Shown here piece after piece: positions 10,866 to 21,800 of a DNA stretch of 64,000 nucleotides. The stretch comes from Tubulanus polymorphus (lineage: Eukaryota > Animalia > Nemertea): the NCBI RefSeq assembly GCF_964204645.1, contig NC_134025.1:3782001-3846000 (forward strand), read 5' to 3'. The translations under genes and the position numbers were made by a program. Each line of letters begins with the position of its first letter. The first letter of the stretch is position 1. The notes beneath the pieces were generated by a model. It was not told the DNA's origin. It saw nothing but the letters and a program-made list of their open reading frames with translations, and ran no database searches.

Positions 10866-11662
10866 CTATCCAAATCTATAACCGAAAGAACCAAGACCAA
10901 CTGCAAATACTAGAATTATAAGTATCAGACCAGCCCCCCATGATAAACATCCAATCCCGATGCTTATCAACGACCACATCCTTGCCGATTTCGATTGTCT
11001 CAGGGCATATTGGAGGTCTCCTGTTCTGATCGCATCGCTCACACCATTGGCTTTAATAACGGCAACGATACCAGTTGGCAGGAAACAACAGCATAAAGAG
11101 AAAATTGCCAGTGCGAGATGAGTCGATGGTGGGTTTGCCAAAGGTTGTCCTACCATAACCATCTGTTGCATCATAACAGGCTGTCCATCAGGGCCTACCA
11201 TCATCGGTTGTTGGACAGGAATAGGCTGTCCATCAGGGCCTACCATCATCGGTTGCTGGATAGGAATAGGCTGTCCATCAGGGCCTACCATCATCGGTTG
11301 CTGGACAGGAATAGGCTGTCCATCAGGGCCTGCCATCATCGGTTGCTGGACAGGCATAGGTTGCCCATTCGGACCTACCATCATCGGTTGCTGGACAGGC
11401 ATAGGTTGCCCATTCGGACCTACCATCATCGGTTGTTGGACAGGAATAGGTTGTCCATCAGGGCCAACCATCATTGGCGGTTGGACACTCTGTGACACTG
11501 TTGCAGGAGGGTACCCTGTTAATGAGTAAGAATCCTTCATTTAAATATTTTACAAAAAAATACTAATTCGCATATACTAAAAACGTAAACAAAACGTTGA
11601 AATCAATAACCTTGAGCGTTCTTTTCGTCGTAGACTGGTGGAGGGTCTTGTGTTGTACTCAT
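10866..11662 (-). CDS. CD225/dispanin-family (PRRT1/IFITM-like) membrane protein, copy B; exons 11662-11611 and 11515-10866; 233 aa
   Basis: Exon 1 (MSTTQDPPPVYDEKNAQ) joins GYPPATV through a phase-1 intron. The CD225 domain reads PPSTHLALAIFSLCCCFLPTGIVAVIKANGV...IRTGDLQYALRQSKSARMWSLISIGIG. The two-exon layout matches copy A. Confidence 0.9.
11169..11483 (-). repeat. Coding minisatellite, 45-nt unit (QQPMMVGPDGQPIPV), 7 copies
   Basis: Seven near-identical units are visible in the DNA and protein. Confidence 0.95.
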
Positions 11663-13347
11663 TTTCTCTCTGAAAATTAATCCCTTTTACATCAAGCCAC
11701 ACGTATATCTCACATAATACAGCTCACTCGACTTTACTATCATAAAGATACGTTATGGACCTGAATAACATTTAGAGTTCGCCAGAAGCGTTTGACACTC
11801 TGTTTTACAGATTGAACTGTACACAAAGCATTTTTCTGATATAATTTGCCGCCTTACCTGATTTAACTAGACTACCATGTAAACGGTGTGATTGGTAATT
11901 ACCTATGTGGAAGCTATTACAAAATATCATCGCCGAACAACTACTTTCTTACCTTTTTCGTTACCGCCAGATTTGCGTAACGAATCCGAATCTATATCTA
12001 ACTTGTAAGCTGGAAAGCGATGTAGTAACCACTATGTATTGGAAACGCCTAAATCAAATATCAAAGCTGCCACGTAACACACCGCATATACGTGTTTATT
12101 TGACAAAAACCCTTCGATTAGGAAAATATTGTGGCATTAATCAATTTGGACTTCTCATTAAACATATTCTAAATATGTCTAGGGAGCTGAAAATCACTTT
12201 GAATAACTTTATCTTCTAAACGCGGTTAAGTATCTTTAATATCTGTAATGCTGAGATTGGATCCAGTTGTTTATCTAGTTAGTTTAAACACGCGTAGCAA
12301 TTTTATCTGACATGGATGGATTGGGCGACGGATAACGACGATTTTTAAATTCATTAGATTTCCGAGGAAACATGTCCTGCTTCGTAGAAAGTGCTGTGCA
12401 CATTTTGTTTCGAGTCATTGTAGCGTGGTTTGGGGTCCGATTAAAAACACGAGAATGGGAGGACCTGGTTAGTGGGAAATGCACTGAAATTTAGCTGAAA
12501 CCGCTGAAACAGTTATCATTGACCTGCGCCACAACATTTTATTCAGTTTAACACGAAAATACAGGGTGCGGTTTTACCGTTGAACAAGGTAGTTTAATTA
12601 AATGACGGTAGATATGCTTGTCGAGTTACAGATTGGTTTAACTGCAATGAAACGCTGAAGGGATCTATTTAAGCAGAATCTGTATACTTCACCATATACG
12701 GGAATTTATATCATTCAGCATTTTGTATACAATACTCTATCAATATGTGTTTTTCATTTCTCGTTCCCTTCATCCGCCGGAATCAAGGAATAGATCTGAA
12801 GAACCGTCTTGTGTCATTTCTTCGTTGCGTTAAGCGCTGTTTCCAAGGTCTTCTAACATTCATCTGCGTAAATTGCAGTGTATCACCTCTGCCAACAACC
12901 CGAAGGAACTGAATGCAACTTTTGTGATTTACCATAATAAGTTTCATTTCAAACAACTCACAAACAGACTACTTCCTTTAGCTCGACGAGTATTACCCTG
13001 AGCGGGTAATTCAAACTCAAAAGCCACAAACGACAACGGGTTAAAGGTGATCGTGCCTGGGTAATTTTGGTTAATCTTTATGAAATACCATCGAGATACA
13101 ACAGCGTTGCCTTCCTGCTACAGGAGAGACCGAGGGTTCATCATAGGGTTTTTCATCATCGGAGGATTCTTTCTTCGGATTCTATATCATTATGTGTCAT
13201 TATGTGTGAACGCCTCGACAAATCCAATAACTGCACTCGAGCGTCTCCCCCGGCGGGCAACGGTTCGTAATCAGTCAGCAAAAATTAAATGACAAGAATG
13301 GAGACACGAACAGTAAATGCTAGTAACATCTCCTGACTTCAGCGAGT

Positions 13348-13379
13348 CGGTTGTTGGTGGTTGTTGGCGGTTGTCGGCG
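13348..13379. repeat. Short tandem repeat, 10-nt unit (GGTTGTTGGY), 3 copies, flanked by gcgag...ctcgc
   Basis: ggttgttggt ggttgttggc ggttgtcggc is seen directly. Confidence 0.6.
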
Positions 13380-14753
13380 ATTCCGCTCGCAAGATTTCAT
13401 AATTGGCCTTCAGGGGAAGGGATCCACAGGGATGCATCCTAAACCACCAGAGAATTGGCGTACTAACTCATAGTAAGGCGATGCTGCTGCGGGAAACCTC
13501 ATCCTTTATAATTTACTAGACTTACCATATTACTATTATTGGTTATAATGCTTTAAATATAATATTCTTCGTTCTTCGTTCAGTCGATCGTTTCTTGCTA
13601 ACGTCATCTTCGATGTATATAGAGAAACTATCATTTCACCAGTTTTCAGAAATCATCGTCGATATCGAATCAAAACAAAATGGATCATGTAGATGTACTT
13701 AACCACATGATAACTTGAGTTGTTTAAAATGTTCACTGTAGTCACTATTGGATTACCACAGGATCGAAAGATAAATTTTTGAACGCGAGAACGTTATCCA
13801 TTCTCTACACTATACATTATCTACACGGACATCCAATTAAACTAAGTATTTTCAAATGAAAGCGTAGCGCTGTGCATTCGTCGATTTGTTAACATTACTA
13901 GCGTGAAAACGGCCACGGTCATTCAATTACGCGAAATAGCTTAAAAGCGTAATTTACAAAAATCGCAGGAAACGGTTGCGCAGTTAAGAAAATGACTTCG
14001 GCTTAATCTGACAGATATAGATTAATTTTTAATGAGTAATTAATGCGTTCGTACGTGCTCACGTTCTACGTCTGGTCATCAATTTGGAGAGTGATAGAAA
14101 CTCAGTTACAGTTGAAAACTATCAACAACTGCTGGCGATGATAACTCGTATCGTTCTTAGTCACATTCGTATAAACGTATCGAACCGCTATGAAAAATAT
14201 CACCATCCCAAATTGATCGATCGCTCTTGTAAAAACGTGCTACGTAAATATTCTGTTTTATTTTCCTTTTGGATATTATAACTTACTGTTTCTTTAGGAA
14301 ATGATTTCACACAGAAGTAGCAAGATCCTTTTGTAAATTTTGATTACAAATTTTTCATTGTCTCTCATATTTTGTATTGATCTACACTGAAGGGTAAGTC
14401 CTTTGCTTGTAGCGATAAACTAATAAGAAATCTTTTTTGTGAGATGGAATCGAAGACATTTCTTATTTCAGAATAGCTCATAACAAAAATTCTATTTACA
14501 TCTTTATATCGTCTGTAATGATGTTTGTTTTTGACCGTTTATTTACATGTTTTCAATTATTTTGATTATCAATTAGGTTTTCCCGGTATTTTTAAACTCT
14601 GTTTCTAACATCGAGTGCGTGAAAATGATCGAATAAAAACTGTAGTCATATTTTGGCAGGTGATAGCTAGCCGTCACGTGATTGAGATGGATCGTTACCG
14701 GTTAATGACCGGGACAGACTGACAATCGATCTTACCAAGAAAACAGTAAGAAA

Positions 14754-14778
14754 CCATCAATCATTTCGCGACCTGTCA
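14754..14778 (-). promoter_or_regulatory. Candidate Pbx/Hox + Meis composite site (TGATTGATGG with TGACAG 9 bp away)
   Basis: CCATCAATCA at 14754-14763 and CTGTCA at 14773-14778. This is a motif match only. Confidence 0.4.
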
Positions 14779-17700
14779 TCGATCATTCACAAATTATATG
14801 GTTTAATTTAGCAGAGTGCGTCGGTAGTTGTCAGCGCAGGTTTTTTGACGTGTCTTAAATGAGACGTGGTTTCCATTGTAACCGTGATGGTCTTTTTCAC
14901 TTCCTTTTCATATCGCAGCACGCGAATGAAATTTATACGTCACTTCAATTACGACATTTAAAAATAAGCGAACGTGGCTGACTCGTGTGCGTGGTGAACA
15001 CGGAACCCTGTATCATTTTGTTTGAACTGTCAGATAGTTTGATAAATTGACTCGGAATGTGTCCGTAATTGCGTAAAATGCACGATAGATTATAACCTTT
15101 AGCATTACAATGCCAAATTTGGGCATTCATGAGAAATTCAGAAAAGATCGAAGTCGCGCTGCGCACCCGACCTTGGGTCAGCCTACGCCTGCACTTACGT
15201 GCGATTACTTCCCTTTCTGTTCGCAAATGGACAATAGCTGTCCACATAGAATAGACCAACCTTTCCAATCATACATCTTTTATCGCGGCCTTCTCGGATT
15301 TTGGGGGACCATTCTATGGATCATCGGGTGGCAATGGTGGGCACGTCCGCGATGGCACTTAGTGTGTTTGGTTGGGAACGATACTTAATGGATTAATCAA
15401 AGATGGGTTAACAAGCCATATCGTCGATTAGCAGTACGGTCACAGGTCTACGGGGATTCATTGGTATTCAAGCATGATCGCGACCATGACTGAAGCTGAT
15501 GAGCAGCCAGAAAGGAAAGACAAGAGACACCCAGGGGACCACACAACCGTCTCGGTTTTGACATCCGCATGCACTAAAACATCAAACATTTCAATAATTC
15601 TCATCCGATAACGACAGGCCGATGAGCAAATGAAGATATCAGTGGGGTATACCCGTCTATCGGCACATTGTCGTGGTTTCACGCACTGGTTGAGCTCGTT
15701 CAACACTCCTGTGTGTAAAAACAAAATGAAGGAAATATACCGAATCCATTCACCAAGAAATTTATTCAAAACAATGATCACAATTTTGTATTAAACGACA
15801 GCCTTCGTTCGAAACGTAGATCTTGAGACGACATTGGTTTTAGAAAAATCCCTGAAAATAAGAAACGTCGTTTTCAAACCATTTCACCAATGCCAAAAAG
15901 ACATCAATCTAGATTTATAGTTTTTGGAGGTCTATTTCGTTTATTTTTGTATTTTGCATATGTGGGTATTAGTATTTGGTCGAAATAAATCTTGTTTCGA
16001 AACAACGTCACCAATTCGAATCCATCTGTTATTCTAACAGACTGTAACAGTTCATTAACGGCTTTAACCCGGGTTTATCTCGGCTAAAACGTAATGGATC
16101 TTGCAGCGAGCAAATGGCATTCATTCATTAGTGGGTCGTTTGGGAATGGACCAGCAATCTGAACATTACGTGACATCTTGCTCTGGCCTAATGAACCGAG
16201 TCACACATCCGAATACGCGTGCGATGCGTGAAGCTCCTGGTCCCCGCTTTATGGAGATAATGGACAGGTTAATTGTTCAAAATGCCGTACGAATCTTTCC
16301 CTCGGATAGCACCTGCTGTCGTAGGAAAGTTCGACAAGTTTCCAGCGCAACGTACACCACGCGGACGACTGGAAGTCTTAGCTGAAAACAACGCACGTCT
16401 AGCAAACAGAAACATAAGTATATCTGTGTGATAAGTTACATTTGCGCTACCTTCCGTTAAACAAGGACAACTTACGTGAGAAGATTATTTGTAGAATGCA
16501 AGAACTTACAACAAAATCTTTCTCCGGACATTAACAATTACGTTTGCGGAAAACTTCATGAAAAGGGAGTTTTTTTAGTTCATGAGGAAAACTTAAGTTT
16601 CAGAATGACCACCCTACATGGGGATTAATTGGTTTTCCTTGATTATATCATAGAAATGGTTGGAGTGTAAATAGATTCCTTATTCCTAATCTTACTATGA
16701 ATTTTCTAAGACCAAACGCGGGCACATTTGGACCAGATGTGATACAGCATAGTTTGCGAGGCAGATTGCACGGTATGGTGACCATTACGCGACAAACTTG
16801 TTTAGGATTTATGGCTATTTCACAATGAGTAGGGTATTATTACACGCGCGGGAACGCCAGCTAATAAACGGTGTGTTCACCGTCTGATTGTCTTTACCGG
16901 CTTCAAATACAATTATAGCCAGCCGTTATTGGTAGGTTCGCACTTGCTATAAAAACACCGTAACACGAATGGCACATCAGAATGAGGAAAATCTATCCCG
17001 ACTGTCGAGCCGTCGGAATCGAGTTAATAAATGAATTCTGTGGTCGTTTGTAACAGTCATTCTGATGCGTCAGTCATACGCTTGCGACGCTATCAAGAAA
17101 ACTTTTAGTTATCCCTTTTATAGCTAATAAAATATTCTTTTTTTTTAAATTTCATTTGCTTTAAAACAACGTAAACGAATAAATCTCAGTGATATCGCAG
17201 ACGGCAGCATAATTCACACCATTTTGATGGTATTTTTATCGAGATTGTAGAATGGTCAGATGAATGGACTACATACCTGATATACGAGTGGTCATCTCAA
17301 TGAAGCCGATCATCCGTAGTAATCCACAGTATATAGTCGCAGAAATTACCTCAATCTGCTTGATGATTGTGTCTTAGTCACCTCCGTTTGTTGGTGACTA
17401 CTCCGTGGTCGGACGTTATTGGTCTGGAAAGATATGATAAATCACACGGATAAGACGCACGCGCTTCATTCGGAGCATGAAACTTAAAGATGGACGACCG
17501 ATGACCCGTAACATGATACAAATCTTTCCAGAACATTACTGGACATTTTATGGCACATTTCCCGGTTTAAACCATCGAAGAACAGTCCCTTGTGTGATAT
17601 TTTAGGGGAGTACTTTAAAACTTATAAACCGGGACTGGTGATAGATTTTTAAATGATCTGATTTCCATCTGATGTTGATGTTTGGTTAATCGAATTATGG

Positions 17701-18540
17701 AGGAAGTTTATGTAATTTGATTATGACAGCGGTAACGGTTCTGAGTATTGGATATTTGCTGTAATCGAAGAGTTTAATTTCATTTGACTAATTTGAGTTA
17801 GATTTTACAGAGCAATTCCAAATTAATCGTGACCGGTGACATCGTAGTGAAAGAAATTATATTACGCCTATTCGTGCATTGAAGCCACGTCTGTCGCTAA
17901 GTAGTCAGTTTTATTAGTGTTATTGATGGCCGCGTTATGGCGCTAGTGGGTATACGTAGCAGCGGCTTTATATTTGGAAAAGTCAAAAAAATTTCAAGTC
18001 ATATTTGCTCTTTAAAATAATGTATGAAACGCTAGAGTCGTGAAGTGAGTTGATCACTGAGACGTTTTCAATGCGGTTTTAAATAGAAGTCATCGCAGTA
18101 GCGCCTGGCAGTCGAACCCCCAATCCATCAACATAGTGACATTAAATATAGATAATCCCATGACACAATGAATATCCCGGGGTTTTTGGAAAGCTACTTT
18201 CCCTACCTGATCCCACGAAAGCGGAACAACCAAATGACTCTAGCGACGCAGCGACTGCTTTTGTGTAGTGCGTTTAAGCCAGCCATCCATCACGGCAAAG
18301 ACAAGCAAATGCGCTTTGCACGGATTACATACAATGACCATAAGGATGGTTTAACGTTAAAAAGATTCCCGACCCCTTTCACGTTCATTGAAGAAACAAT
18401 TAAAGCCGAATACATTAAAGCACATGCCTCGATGTTACGAACGTTGAGTCGGGTAAACATTTTCTGTTATTGAGTTGGTTACCTTAAAAAACCGTCGTAG
18501 CTAATGAAAGTGCGGAACCATAAATATAGAGTCCCACACT

Positions 18541-18850
18541 AATATAACGAATTATGAAGTCCAAAACGTTTCCTTAAAGCTAATTGTTTATTGATTCGAC
18601 GTTTCGACCATAACCTAATAGTGATCTTCAGGGATACTGAGTTAACAAAAATATGAGATATTTATATTTGCCAAGAACAAAGAGACAAATGAAGTAACTA
18701 AGAGTGAAGCAAACTAGGGGTATTACAACATAGAACAGTTACGAATTAAACCAAAGCAAACTATAGGGGGTAACCATTTAAAACCATAGTGAATATCAGT
18801 AGAGTGAAATATAACGAAAGCAAAGGACGAAACAAATGATCAAAGGGAAC
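18541..18850 (-). mobile_element. Penelope-like retroelement pseudo-LTR remnant (solo, non-coding)
   Basis: On the minus strand: a T-rich stretch with internal repeats, then TATAAATA (18666-18659), a hammerhead-like core (18631-18597) and AATAAA (18592-18587). The 11-bp sequence aatataacgaa is directly repeated at 18541 and 18808. No RT or GIY-YIG ORF is nearby. Confidence 0.65.
18592..18640 (-). ncRNA. Degenerate minimal type I hammerhead ribozyme motif
   Basis: The minus strand reads gtatcc-CTGAAGA-t-cactat-taggtt-atggtc-GAAA-cgtc-gaatc. Both core boxes are present. Stem II has one mismatch and a GU pair, stem III is the palindromic ACGT, and stem I is weak. Confidence 0.6.
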
Positions 18851-21800
18851 CATATTTTCTATCAGATTATTCTTTTAGAAGAATGATGATTATAAGATTT
18901 GTTTATCTATATTGATCGATCAAGTAGGTGCAGATGGCTTGTGGTTGTATCGGTCAGTTTATAGCCATCACGTGCTATTGTCATCGTATGACGGGATTTT
19001 CATTAATTAGCAGTACTTGCACGGGTAGGAATTCTGAACACACTTCTGTAGAAGTATCCAGCACTTGTCTTCGCACTTCAAACAAGAACTCGATAAGCGC
19101 AGTTGATCGGTTAGTTTCACAATTAGCCACTTGGAGAAATGACTCATTAGAAGAGTTTCTACGTTTCCACTGTTTACCTGCAACGATTAACTCAATTGTG
19201 ACAGCAATAATCTAATTTCAGTATCCCACGAGTCTTTTAGGATCGGATTCTGTATGGACTTATCACGAGTATCTATATCGACTTAGGGGAAAGACGATAA
19301 CTTTCTTCGGTGCATAGTTCCACGAGCACTTTTCATAAACATATATCCATTGGTCATCTGAGAACTACTAGATTGGATCATAGGCACGTTGTTGTTTTTG
19401 CTGATAACTACTTCCAAATGGTCGAACATGTTCATTATATGTCCTGGGTATGAGATCACTTTAGAAAACACTGATAATGGGGCAGAATAGGCGCAAGATA
19501 AGCTTTAATAGACGAAAACGGGGCGGCAACCGTGATACCTTTTCTGAAAAACCTTTACAATCCTTATCTTTATTGTTCGTCAGTACGAGAAGATGTCGCA
19601 AAAGAAACTGCAGTCCCGGATGAGCTGGCACGGAGTGTCCTGCTAATCTGCTATCTATGTTTGGATCAATTCGCGACACTGCGACCATACATCACAGTTA
19701 TCTCTGACTGAATAGACGTTCGCCAAATGAATAGTTACCGACAGCTTCGCGGTCGCATTTCCCAACCTGGTATTACACAAATTTGATGCTGTATCTACTC
19801 GGGTTAAATCAAAAGACGAACAGACGTTCTCGATTTCACGCCGAAACGCCGTACATTGATCGCGTTTGATGTTTACTTAGCGGATAACAGACAGTTTGGA
19901 CAATACGCGTCTTCAGTATCCATTAAAGTATGCCATCAATCATTAGAAACTGATCGTGAGGCAAAGCGTCAGATCGTTCCTCGCCGGCTTATCTCATTTA
20001 TGCACGAACAAACGGCCATATTTTATCACCGTCATTTTGCGAGATTTCGACAGACGAACAGAGAAATGGCCATTTTATTGCCGAGATAAACCGTACAAAG
20101 CTTTTTACAAGTCTTAAATGAATTCTGGAAACTACCTTGCCTTGGATACCATTCACTGGGAGACATCTCCCAGTTGCAACGGTTAGATTTTGAGTAACGC
20201 ACGTGCTCTTTGTGTCACAGATCATTGATTCAACCAGTTACACTCGTCATCTGGTGCCATTGATATCAAATAGTCTGAACCTAACGTTTGTCATACATAG
20301 AGGCACTGCTAGGAGGTACCATTTCCTTTGGTTAACACCATGCTTTCGGATATCATTTGCTCCCCAAAACCAAAGAAATGGAGAATGCCGTACAGATAAC
20401 TTCACCAAAGTTCGTCTAATAATATTCTTGGCGCCTTTCTTTTTTTACAATCCCTAAACGGCCTTAAATAACATTGAACACGTGACGGTCGGTTAGATAT
20501 CGTGTCACTGGGGAAATATTCCGTAAATTCTAAAAAATGCGGATGAGCGGATTCATTGTATGGCACCGTTCAGAAATCATCTTTGCTAATTATCCACGGG
20601 GCACTTCGTCACCATTTTCCGGCGTGATAATATATTTGAGTTCAGGATGGTTAATCATATTTGCATAAATTCTGAATAATAAGAACGGGTTGGGGTTGAT
20701 TCAATTTTCCACAAGGTTAACCATTAAACAGCTAATCTAACGCGAATAAGTCACCGGGTTAACGATAAAACTGAATTGTTTTTAACTTAACCTTTCATTT
20801 TAATGGAAAATTTCAGATCCGTAATTGCCTCTCGCAAGAAATAGCGTAGACATTCTTTTGCCAAATCGATTAGTCGAAGTTTTGTTGTGAAAAGTTTTTC
20901 TTTGTTTCCCAACGCTTCGAGAAGGTAGAATGTGAAGGAGAATGCTTTCGAAGTCTCCACACATACCGACTTTCGCGCGGTGAAAAACCATAGCCAGCCA
21001 CTTTGACACCTAAGAATATCTTCTCAACGCGATGATTAATAATATTCTGCGTGATTTTTCTATTCCCCGGTGACGGTGGACCGACGATATTCCCCGCATC
21101 CCACGAACTTCTGTCTAAGACAAATTATACCCCTCAATGTCGACCGCTAATTCCCCACGTTGTCACCTCTGCTCCCCAAAGCTTAACTGTTCATTCCGTA
21201 AATGTATGCAGATTATTTGAGTTTATAATATTCCGTGACAATCCCGGGTGCGAAGCGGCATAGGTGAAAACTCAGAACGTGACGGGGAGAAAGAAAGTTG
21301 AGTCTCGCCGGTGTTTGGAGAACGTATTAGGGATTAGAGTTCGTCACTGAGGGGCTTGAGCACCTTCCGACTTGGCATGACGACTTCGCCGCATCTGAAT
21401 TTGCAAATGTGAGGGCTGATTTAAAAAGTTTATAAATCTTCCACACGTTTTGGCTCATATAACATAACGTTCATGACATTATTTCAATTTGGAAAAAGGA
21501 AAGATGTGTTCAAAAATAGGAGATAATTAATGGAAATGCATGCAGCCAATGTAAGAAGGTACATTTACAAAATGTATGTTAATTGTTTTTATTCGATGCG
21601 AAGAAAATGTGGTCACGAATAAAATCGACCAGGAGAACCTAGTTGACCGGTAAAATAGAAGATCATCGGACTCTCGTCCTTCAATTTCCGCCATCTCACA
21701 CAACGACCAGTTTATCATAAAGAGACATTTTTGCTAAATCCCCGGAAAAACGATAAGTGTCTTGGTCATTATATGAAGCGATCGGTGTCGTATAGCTGGC

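Noticed and set aside
11169-11483. Regularly spaced repeats resembling a CRISPR array
   Set aside because: They are contiguous in-frame coding repeats with no unique spacers and no cas genes, in a eukaryotic gene.
9115-11495. Plus-strand His/Arg-rich repetitive ORFs (9115-9501, 11118-11495)
   Set aside because: They are antisense shadows of the CD225 coding repeats.
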